Shown here: piece by piece, positions 56,734-64,000 of the stretch
Position numbering within the stretch: position 1 is the stretch's first letter
How the letters are laid out: every line of letters starts with the position of its first letter
Assembly (NCBI GenBank): GCA_964567625.1
Contig: CAZMNK010000003.1
Location: 10,781-74,780 of the forward strand
DNA: 64,000 nt
Direction: 5' to 3'
Source: an uncultured Enterobacterales bacterium
Lineage (GTDB): Bacteria > Myxococcota_A > UBA796 > CAJQPC01
Translations under genes and position numbers: made by a program
The notes under the pieces: generated by a model
The model's input: only the letters and a program-made list of their open reading frames with translations
What the model was told of the DNA's origin: nothing
The model's database searches: none

Positions 56734-58421
56734 TGCACTGGTCACTGCTGACGGTTGCCGCGCTGGCTGCAGGCCCCGAAATGGAGGTGGGCGGCTCTTT
56801 GACCACGGACATCCGGTACCGCCCCTTTGGCATGGAGGCCGGCCACTGGTACCAGGACCTGAGCCTGGAGCCCGGCTTTACCCGCAACCAGAACACCCTG
56901 AACCTGCTCGGCAGGGTCCGGGGTGATGGCGTGGGTGCCGTTGTCGACCTGGACCTGGTCTACCTGGGCTTTTCCGAGGAGTTGGCGGGCCTGGACGACC
57001 TGACCCGTCGGGAACAACTCGATCCCTTCCGGTTCGAGGCTCACAGCGCCTATGTCGAGGCGCGGAACCTGGGCCTCAAGGGCCTGGATCTGCGGTTCGG
57101 CCAACAACTGGTCCAGTTCGGTGCTGGCGACCAGTTCAATCCCACCAACAACCTCAATGCGGATGACCTGGAGGACCCGCTGCGCTTCGGGGACCAGCTG
57201 GGCAACATCATGGTCCGGATGGACTACAGCCCCAGGGGCAACTGGACCGGAACGGTGGCCGTGGTGCCGGTGTTCAAGCCGGCCCTGCTTCCCGCCACCG
57301 CGCCCGTTGGCTTCGCCTCCACAGCAGCCTTGCCCTGGGAAGAGCCCGCGCTTCGCTGGCGCGTCCACAGTGAACAGGCGCTGGCCCGAGACGCCCTGGG
57401 CTACCCCACGATTGTGGCCACTGCGACCCCCCAGCTCCCCGACCCCACCCTGGAGAACATGCAGGTGGGGGTGAATGTGGGCGGCTACGTCGGCCTCCAC
57501 GACGTGGCCCTGTCCTACTACCGCGGGTTCTCGGACTTTCCTGTGGCAGCCGCAAACCACACCACAGCTGTGGCCGGACAACAGTGCAATCCCGACGATC
57601 CCGAGGACTGCATCGACGGGCTCTTGATGACGGAGGCCACCCTGGTCTACCCCCGCATCCAGGTCCTGGGACTCAATGCCAGCGGCGAGATCGGCCTCCT
57701 GAATCGTCTGACCCCCCGCATCCTGCCCATCGGGTACCGGGCCGAAGTGGCCCTGGTCTTTCCAGAACGCCAGGTGCTGAAGATCACCCAGGACGACCTG
57801 GACCTGGGCTTCATCCAGTACCCGGCAGGCGAATACGACTACCAGCTGGATGGTGAACTCCCCACCAGCCTGTCGGACCAGCCCTTCCTCAAGTGGGTGC
57901 TGGGGCTGGACTACTCCTTTGGCCGGCATGTCTACCTGAACGTTCAGTGGGTACACGGCCTGCCCGATGAAAACGGGGCCGGCGCCTTCTGGCAGCCGGA
58001 CCAGTGGGTCGTGCGAGACGCCGGAATGGACACCGATCTGGCGGACACGACCGCCTGTGCCCTCAACGAGGATGGCGAGCTCTGCACCTGGGAGGTCAGT
58101 CGTCCTCGGGTGGGAGACTACCTGGTCATGGGCACCGACCTGATGTGGGGAGACAACACCCTGCGCCTGTTCGGGATCTGGGACATGGTGGGCCTCGCAG
58201 AAGAGCACGTTGAAGGCAACGAGCGGGTGCGGACCCGCCACGGGCCCCTGAGCCGCGAAGGCTTCTCAGCTGTCCTCTACCCCGAGTTCATGCACAACTT
58301 CGGCAATGGCCTCGAACTGGGTGCAGGGGCCCTGATCCTGCTGGGCCAGCCAGCCAGCAAGTTCGGCGACCCGGCCGGGGGCGGAACCCAGCTGTTCGCA
58401 CGGGGAAAGTACAGCTTCTGA
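56733..58421 (+). CDS. DUF1302-like outer-membrane beta-barrel candidate
   Basis: GTG start sharing 1 nt with the upstream TAG. Signal-like MHWSLLTVAALAAGP. LDLRFGQQLVQFGAGDQFNPTNNLNADD resembles the DUF1302 l-r-l-G-r-Q-x-v-x-W-G core. It ends in an aromatic residue (GKYSF). Confidence 0.5.
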   Translation: MHWSLLTVAALAAGPEMEVGGSLTTDIRYRPFGMEAGHWYQDLSLEPGFTRNQNTLNLLGRVRGDGVGAVVDLDLVYLGFSEELAGLDDLTRREQLDPFRFEAHSAYVEARNLGLKGLDLRFGQQLVQFGAGDQFNPTNNLNADDLEDPLRFGDQLGNIMVRMDYSPRGNWTGTVAVVPVFKPALLPATAPVGFASTAALPWEEPALRWRVHSEQALARDALGYPTIVATATPQLPDPTLENMQVGVNVGGYVGLHDVALSYYRGFSDFPVAAANHTTAVAGQQCNPDDPEDCIDGLLMTEATLVYPRIQVLGLNASGEIGLLNRLTPRILPIGYRAEVALVFPERQVLKITQDDLDLGFIQYPAGEYDYQLDGELPTSLSDQPFLKWVLGLDYSFGRHVYLNVQWVHGLPDENGAGAFWQPDQWVVRDAGMDTDLADTTACALNEDGELCTWEVSRPRVGDYLVMGTDLMWGDNTLRLFGIWDMVGLAEEHVEGNERVRTRHGPLSREGFSAVLYPEFMHNFGNGLELGAGALILLGQPASKFGDPAGGGTQLFARGKYSF

Positions 58422-58471
58422 CGCCAGTCCATGCCGCGATAAGCATCCTTCAGAACCCTCAGGGAAGGTCC

Positions 58472-59626
58472 ATGTCCAAGCCCACGGAAGAAGAGATCGC
58501 CCAGCTGGCCCAGGAGGCCCTGGAAGGCCAGGACCCTGGAAAGACCCGGACCGCCCTGTTGGCCCTGCTGGAGGCTTCTGGAGAACGGCCGGACCTGCTT
58601 CAGGTACTTGCAGCCACAGAACTGGCCCTGGGCGAATCCGCCCAGGCGTTGAATCACGTCCTGAGGGCCGAGCGGCTTCTGGAGAGCCAGGAGGACGCCC
58701 AGCCCATGCTGGCTGCCCTGCTCCACACCCGAGCAGCCTGCTACGAGGACCTGGACCAACCCCAGCAAGCCGCAGACACCTACCGGAAGATCCTGGATTT
58801 CTCCGGTGCCCACCCCCGAACCCGCCAGGCCCTGGGCCACCTGCTCCTGTCCTGGGGTCGTCCCACCCAGGGGACGGAACACCTCCAGGCCTACCTGGAT
58901 GACGGCTCCGACGAAGCCGGGCACCTGGAAGGAACCTCGGCCTATCTCCGCGCGGTCCAGCGTGTCCTGGCCGACGACCTGCACCCGAACATGTTCCTGG
59001 AAGCACACCGAGAGGGCTACTGCCGGTTTTTCAACCACCACGCCGACGAGATGGCCAAACAAGGCTGGATCGCCGAGGCCGCTGTGATGATGCGAGACGA
59101 GGCAGGACAGGTGGTGCCCAGCATTCCCGAGGGTGCGCCCGCCTATGCGGCTGTCCGCGTGGACCTGGTCGACCCGAACAGCGGCCAGAGGGGACAGGTC
59201 GGCGAGCGCCCGATGGTGGTGGCCCTGGAGGACTACGAAGCCGTCGCGCAGGCTCCCCTGCTGATCGAGTGGCCACCGGAAGACCATCCCTTCAGCGTCT
59301 GGGTCAGCACCCAGTGCCCCTGGGACCACCTGCCCATACAGCTGCGTTTCGTCGACCCCGACTGCGACCCAGTCCAGGCCTTTGAGCCCGTTCTTGCGGC
59401 CTGGTTCATGGCTGGCTGGGACGGAGCCTTTGGAGAATCCGAGAAAGGCCGCTTCCACGAGGTCGTCCCGCCGATTCCTTCGGGTCCCGGTGGCATCACC
59501 GTCTATGTGGATCTGGGCCGCGCCGAGATGAGCGCCATCACGGACCTCTGGAAGCGCCTGACAGAGCTGCATGCCAGCCAGCCCCTCCGCGCCGTGATGC
59601 TGGGCCGGGGGTTTGTACCCGGCTGA
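58472..59626 (+). CDS. TPR-like N-terminal repeat protein with an unknown C-terminal domain
   Basis: No signal peptide. The N-terminal ~150 aa look like helical hairpins (LLALLEASGERPDLLQVLAATELALGESAQAL..., AADTYRKILDF). AGGGAAGG upstream. Confidence 0.5.
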   Translation: MSKPTEEEIAQLAQEALEGQDPGKTRTALLALLEASGERPDLLQVLAATELALGESAQALNHVLRAERLLESQEDAQPMLAALLHTRAACYEDLDQPQQAADTYRKILDFSGAHPRTRQALGHLLLSWGRPTQGTEHLQAYLDDGSDEAGHLEGTSAYLRAVQRVLADDLHPNMFLEAHREGYCRFFNHHADEMAKQGWIAEAAVMMRDEAGQVVPSIPEGAPAYAAVRVDLVDPNSGQRGQVGERPMVVALEDYEAVAQAPLLIEWPPEDHPFSVWVSTQCPWDHLPIQLRFVDPDCDPVQAFEPVLAAWFMAGWDGAFGESEKGRFHEVVPPIPSGPGGITVYVDLGRAEMSAITDLWKRLTELHASQPLRAVMLGRGFVPG

Positions 59627-59769
59627 GCCGGTCCGAAGAGTTCCGAGAGACCCGCTGACTTCCCCTCTTGCCTGGCCTGCCCGAGGCCCTGCAGCCACCA
59701 CCATCGAACCCGGTGGCGGTGCCTGGGCGTCATGCTATCGTCAGCCCGAGAGCCCTCCGAGGTGAATCG

Positions 59770-61854
59770 ATGGCCGAGACGCCAGAGTCCGGCAGAGCCA
59801 GCGAGACGACGGAGTCGCAAGAGGAAGAGGCACCACCGGCCGAGGCCGAGGCGGAATCCGACGAGCAGACCCCCACGCCAGGCAGCCTGGCCTCCGAAAT
59901 CGACGACGAAGTCGAACTCGGGGACTCCGACATCGGCAAGGACGCCAACAAGGCACTGCGCTCCCTGGCCCGTTCAGCCCGGTCCTTCCTGATGTACGAC
60001 CCGGGCAACGAGGCCATCAAGATCTTCCTCAAGCAGATGCACGAGGATTTTCACTACTTCCTGGGCCGCCACGGTGCCATGGCACTGGCGGTTCGGCCCT
60101 TCGAAATGGTGATCGCCCGAGAGGTGGTCTACCTGGAGCGGGACCGGGAGCGCTCCCTGGCCTTCAAGCTCTACCGGGACGGTGTGCGCAGCATCATCAT
60201 CCGGCCAGAGGTGGAGTGGGAGGAGATGCTCGCTCTCCTCAAGATCCTCTCCGTTCGTTTCGTCGGTATCCGGTCCAACGAGGACGACATCGTCACCCTG
60301 CTCTGGAAGGCAGCCTTTCAGTCCATCGATGTCCACGCGGTGGAGGGGTTTGTCCCCAAGGACGAAGACGAGGAGGACAGTCCCGACTGGGAGGACATGA
60401 ACTTCAACTACGAAGACATGCCGATGGGGTCCTCTGGCGGCATGCAGGGAGGACGGGGAGGACAGGAAGGACAGGGGGAACAAGAAGAACAGCCTGAGCA
60501 GGGAGAACCCGGCGGAAGAAGAGAACAGAGCAGTGCGCTGGTGGATCGGAGTGGCCAGGCGAGAGAGGCCATCCAGGACAAGACCCAGGCCGGTCCAGCG
60601 GAAGCCGGCCAGCCCCAGGGCAAGCGCCGAAAAACAGACGCGGTCACCGCCCATGCGCTGCGCCACGCGAGCAACGTCCCCCCTCACTTTGATCTCCCAG
60701 CCCCCGTGTTCCTCTTCAAGGGGGAACCCACCTACCTGGAGTTGACCGAGGAGCACCTGGCCGACCTGCAACAGGAGATCGGCTCCACCTACCTCCCGGA
60801 TCACTGCCTGGAGTTGATCGACGAGTTCGTCGAGATCGTCATCGACCCCGTGGATCGCTGCAAGCTCGACGAGATCCTGCCCCTGCTGAGTGAGATCAAG
60901 GACTTCCTGCTCAGCGAGGGACAGCTGGAGAACCTCTTGTTGATGATCGGGCTGGTGAGCCGCCTGATCGAGGCACTTGGCGACGAAGCCAGGCCCGCCC
61001 AGGTGTTGCTGGACTCGATGATCGACAAGACCGCCATGATTCGGTACATCAAGACCCTGCCCAGAGACGCCATGAAGGTGCCTCCGCAGATCATCGAGCT
61101 CCTCCAGAGCGTCCATGGCGACCACCTGCCGCTACTGTTCGACGTCCACGAAGGCCTGGGGGACTCCTCGCACGGTCGCCGCATCATCCGGATGCTGCTG
61201 GAACAACAGGCCCGGGACATGCCGGACCAGGTCGTGGCTCACCTCCACGAACGAACCGGAGAGATCGGGGCCGACCTGTTGCGAGTCCTCGGAAACATCC
61301 ACCTCAAGACCGCCTGGCAGGTGATCGACACGATCGCGGAGACGGCGGATGCCGCTCTCAAAAACGAGTGCATGTACATCCTGGAGAAGTCCTCCTACAA
61401 CAACACGGTGCGGGGGCTCACGTTCCGGTTCCTCGGTGACAACGATGAGGACTTCCGAATTCGATCCATCCAGGTGCTGCTCACCCACAACGACCGCCGA
61501 GACTTTCCCATGCTCCGGCGCCATGCCGACAAGGCCGCCTCCAGCCGGGGCCTCTCCGAGCGGGAAGCCACCGCACTGGGAGAAGGGATGGCACAACTCG
61601 ACAAGTCCGGCGCCCTCAAGGCCTTTTCCAAGTGGTCCGCAGTCAAGGGCTTCCGAAAGCTGAGGCTCACCGGAGCCGGCAATCACGACCTCCAGTGGGC
61701 CGCTGCTTCCGGCCTGGCCCTGCTGGACGATCCCAAGGCAGACAAGCTCCTGCATGCCCTGGTCAAGATCGAAGACCCCTCGATCCGACGCCACAGCCTC
61801 AAGATGCGCATGGCCCGGTTCAACCGTTTGAAGGAAGACGGAGATCAGTCATGA
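59770..61854 (+). CDS. Large hypothetical protein: acidic N-terminal tail, a module shared with the downstream HD protein, a low-complexity Gly/Gln/Glu linker, and a HEAT/ARM-like C-terminal half
   Basis: GAGGTG upstream of ATG 59770. 694 aa. Details are in findings. The track ORF from 59668 is over-extended. Confidence 0.6.
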   Translation: MAETPESGRASETTESQEEEAPPAEAEAESDEQTPTPGSLASEIDDEVELGDSDIGKDANKALRSLARSARSFLMYDPGNEAIKIFLKQMHEDFHYFLGRHGAMALAVRPFEMVIAREVVYLERDRERSLAFKLYRDGVRSIIIRPEVEWEEMLALLKILSVRFVGIRSNEDDIVTLLWKAAFQSIDVHAVEGFVPKDEDEEDSPDWEDMNFNYEDMPMGSSGGMQGGRGGQEGQGEQEEQPEQGEPGGRREQSSALVDRSGQAREAIQDKTQAGPAEAGQPQGKRRKTDAVTAHALRHASNVPPHFDLPAPVFLFKGEPTYLELTEEHLADLQQEIGSTYLPDHCLELIDEFVEIVIDPVDRCKLDEILPLLSEIKDFLLSEGQLENLLLMIGLVSRLIEALGDEARPAQVLLDSMIDKTAMIRYIKTLPRDAMKVPPQIIELLQSVHGDHLPLLFDVHEGLGDSSHGRRIIRMLLEQQARDMPDQVVAHLHERTGEIGADLLRVLGNIHLKTAWQVIDTIAETADAALKNECMYILEKSSYNNTVRGLTFRFLGDNDEDFRIRSIQVLLTHNDRRDFPMLRRHADKAASSRGLSEREATALGEGMAQLDKSGALKAFSKWSAVKGFRKLRLTGAGNHDLQWAAASGLALLDDPKADKLLHALVKIEDPSIRRHSLKMRMARFNRLKEDGDQS

Positions 61855-63497
61855 GCACGACAGCAACCGAACCGGACTTCGATGCGGCCCAGGAGGACCT
61901 GGAAAAGGCCCTGGAGACCGCCCGTGCGGGCGAGGACAAGGAACTCGCTGCCAAGGTGCGTGAGATCGGAGAGCGACTGGGCAAGCGCCTGATGGGCTGC
62001 ATCCGACTGTTCCAGATCCATGACAAGGGCAACGACGCGTTCAACCAGCCCATGGAGGAATTCGAGGAGATCCTGACCGACCTGAACGACCTCCTGGGAG
62101 CCGTGCACATCGTCATGGTGGAGAACCAGGTCTATGTGAACGACATCCGTGTCCGCTTCGACCCCCGAAATGACCACGGACAGGATCTGAACGAGACCTT
62201 CAACCGCCACCTGTGTGGCGGTGCCTCATTTCACCAGGTCCCCGACAACCTCCAGCTTCGCAAGCTGCTGGAGAAGCTGGCCGGTCCGCCGACCGAGGAA
62301 GGACATCCCCGACGCAATCTCGTGACCTGGCTCGAGAACCAGGGCATGAGCTTCGTGGACCTTCAGCCGGTCTACCGCTTTCGGATGCACGGCGAGGAAC
62401 GCAAGCGCCAGGACAAGGAGTTCCAGAAGGTCTACAGCGGCTCCACCCTCAAGGTGTCCGAGACCTGGAACAGCATGGAGTCCGGTCGGCACCCGAACCC
62501 GGTCGGCCTGCGTCGACTCATCACGGACTTCATCGACCTGACCGACGGCCAGGAGTCCGAAGAGCTCATGACCGCCACCATCGATGACCGGGCCCCACCC
62601 CATGTACGGCACACGCTGCACGTGACCGCACTGGCCCTGCTCATCGGCAAGGAACTCCAGCTGCCAGAAGCGGTACTCGCGGACCTGGGGGTCGCCGCGA
62701 TGTACCACGACATGGGGTACACCGAGAAGGAGGACGGCTTTGCGCCCCCCTTTGAACGACACGGAAGCTGCGGAGCACGGATCCTGCTCCGCCAGCGAGG
62801 GTTCCACGAGGCCAAGATCTACCGACTCCTGTCCTGTCTTCAGCACCACCGGGACTTCGACGACGATCGCACCCCTTCTCTCTTTGCTCGAATCCTGCGC
62901 ATCGCCGACGACTACGACACCATGACCCGCCCACGAAGAGAGGGTCCCCTGCTGGTGCCCCCGGACGCACTGGCTTCCATGTGGGCCCAGGCGGGCACCT
63001 ACTATGACCCGCTCATCCTCCAGGTCTTCGTGAACCGACTGGGCCGCTATCCGCCCGGCTCGATCCTGAAGCTGACCGACGGCCGATGGGGAGTCGTCCT
63101 GTGCAGCAATCGAGGTCCAGGCCTGTTCGACAAGCCCATCGTCCGCATCGCGCGAGCAGCAGACGGGGAGGAACCCGGGGAATTCGAGATGGTGGACCTG
63201 TCCTTTGAAGCCAGTATCGCCGAGATCGTTCGGCCCATCAGCGACAACCCGGAAGACGAGGACGACGAGCAGAGCTGGGATCCCGACGAATTCGACGACC
63301 TGGATGAAACAGACGACGACGACCCGTTCGCCCGGCCGAGCATCCAGCGGGTGTCCCGGGCCCCCAGGCATGGGGCTGCTTCACCGTCTCCCGCTGATGG
63401 GCCTGCGCCTCTCCAGACAGACGAGGCATCCGAGGAAGACCCCTTCGACCAGGACGGTGACACTGGTGGGGACGACGACAACTTCTCCTTCGACTGA
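61851..63497 (+). CDS. HD-domain phosphohydrolase, HD-GYP-like with a degenerate GYP motif and an acidic C-terminal tail
   Basis: HVRHTLHVTALALLIGKEL...AAMYHDMGY...HGSCGARIL...LQHHRDFDDDRTP...RIADDYDTMT, that is H...HD...H...HH...D spacing, with no GYP tripeptide. ATG 61851 overlaps the upstream stop (ATGA). Confidence 0.7.
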   Translation: MSTTATEPDFDAAQEDLEKALETARAGEDKELAAKVREIGERLGKRLMGCIRLFQIHDKGNDAFNQPMEEFEEILTDLNDLLGAVHIVMVENQVYVNDIRVRFDPRNDHGQDLNETFNRHLCGGASFHQVPDNLQLRKLLEKLAGPPTEEGHPRRNLVTWLENQGMSFVDLQPVYRFRMHGEERKRQDKEFQKVYSGSTLKVSETWNSMESGRHPNPVGLRRLITDFIDLTDGQESEELMTATIDDRAPPHVRHTLHVTALALLIGKELQLPEAVLADLGVAAMYHDMGYTEKEDGFAPPFERHGSCGARILLRQRGFHEAKIYRLLSCLQHHRDFDDDRTPSLFARILRIADDYDTMTRPRREGPLLVPPDALASMWAQAGTYYDPLILQVFVNRLGRYPPGSILKLTDGRWGVVLCSNRGPGLFDKPIVRIARAADGEEPGEFEMVDLSFEASIAEIVRPISDNPEDEDDEQSWDPDEFDDLDETDDDDPFARPSIQRVSRAPRHGAASPSPADGPAPLQTDEASEEDPFDQDGDTGGDDDNFSFD

Positions 63498-63516
63498 GGA
63501 CCGCACCCTGGAAGAG

Positions 63517-64000
63517 TTGAGCCGATGGCTGCTCGGAAGCGTGGGCACCCTGGCGGCGATGTACGTCTTCATCCTGGCGACGATGTTCGTCCTGGAACCC
63601 AAGCTGGTCTTTCCCGCCCCCAGGCTGGACCTCGCCTGGCTGAGTCAAGAAGCGGCCCTCAGCGGGGCCGAAGAGGTCTCGCTCTCCACCCCAGATGGCC
63701 AGGAACTCTATGGGTGGTGGATGCCAGGAGAGGGCCCCCGGACCGTTCTCTTCTTCAGCGGAAACGCCACGTCGGTGGGACTGGACCCGATGTCCTACGC
63801 CCGGTGGAAGAACGAGGGGCTGAGCGTCTTGCATGTGAACTACCGAGGCTACCCGGGCAGTACGGGCGCCCCCAGCGAGGAGGGCCTTCGCACCGATGCC
63901 CTGACCGCCTGGAACTGGCTTCGAGAGCGCCATGCCGCCCAGGACATCATCCTGGTGGGCCAATCCCTCGGCGGTGGGGTTGCGATTGGCCTTGCCGCCC
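63517..64000 (+). CDS. Alpha/beta-fold hydrolase (partial; continues beyond the window end)
   Basis: Not in the track because it is edge-truncated. Hand translation gives LSRWLLGSVGTLAAMYVFILATMFVLEPKLVFPAP...TPDGQELYGWWMPGEGPRTVLFFSGNA...HVNYRGYPGSTG...IILVGQSLGGGVAIGLAA (nucleophile elbow GQSLGG). The start is uncertain: TTG 63517 or CTG 63508. Confidence 0.6.
   Translation, partial: MSRWLLGSVGTLAAMYVFILATMFVLEPKLVFPAPRLDLAWLSQEAALSGAEEVSLSTPDGQELYGWWMPGEGPRTVLFFSGNATSVGLDPMSYARWKNEGLSVLHVNYRGYPGSTGAPSEEGLRTDALTAWNWLRERHAAQDIILVGQSLGGGVAIGLAA

Noticed and set aside
56742-58241. 499-aa minus-strand ORF, with others at 18659..19909, 21678..22841, 41555..42790, 59974..61125, 62226..63371, 49334..50587, 20663..21856 and 15795..16673
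   Set aside because: They are antisense shadows of the genes called on the opposite strand. The chosen strands carry signal peptides, recognisable domains (bioB, OmpA, HD, kinase) and GC3 bias. The shadows do not.

Overview
This is a high-GC bacterial chromosomal segment: about 68-70% G+C in hand-counted samples of typical genes, with a few stretches near 57-60%. It is roughly 90% coding, with about 55 protein genes. I found no rRNA, tRNA, CRISPR array, transposase or prophage block.

Taxon (inference): Myxococcota. The evidence is a MYXO-CTERM-like sorting tail, a thrombospondin-type-3/OmpA protein, many lipoproteins with Asp/Thr-rich post-lipobox linkers, and several two-component kinases.

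Genes I recognise by eye:
- Central metabolism: gpmI, a threonine aldolase, mdh, sat, a fused 2-oxoacid dehydrogenase E1 alpha/beta, and a thiolase plus 3-hydroxyacyl-CoA dehydrogenase pair.
- Biotin: bioB-bioF, with bioA about 17 kb away.
- DNA and translation: a recC-recB-recD operon and arfB.
- Other: a CDF metal transporter and a GH31 glycosidase.

ORF-track caveats. Because of the GC content, almost every real gene is shadowed by long antisense or out-of-frame ORFs. Several track ORFs are chimeras or are over-extended at the N-terminus. I re-derived starts from signal peptides, RBS-like purine runs and 4-nt start/stop overlaps (ATGA/GTGA), which are very frequent here. Two genes that run off the window edges are missing from the track and were translated by hand: a histidine kinase at 1..629 (-) and an alpha/beta hydrolase at 63517..64000 (+).

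Most interesting observations:
1. A thioredoxin-like [2Fe-2S] ferredoxin paralog is split by a +1 frameshift in an A5 run and is translationally coupled to a secreted transglutaminase-like protein.
2. A translationally coupled pair shares an N-terminal module: a 694-aa acidic/HEAT-like protein and an HD-GYP-like protein with a degenerate GYP motif.
3. A DnaD-like plus zinc-finger DnaC/DnaI-like AAA+ pair suggests a Firmicute- or phage-style helicase-loader module in a Myxococcota-like genome.
4. An envelope-spanning MMPL/RND, LolA-like, DUF1302-like barrel and TPR cluster may be a lipid export route.
5. Three tandem secreted START/SRPBCC paralogs.
6. A tight operon joins a 557-aa unknown protein, a GGCT-like enzyme, two ferredoxins and a HAMP kinase.
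7. A REC-GAF-kinase has Ala at the receiver's phospho-acceptor position.

All family assignments come from motif recognition by eye. No database search was possible, and start codons are often uncertain.
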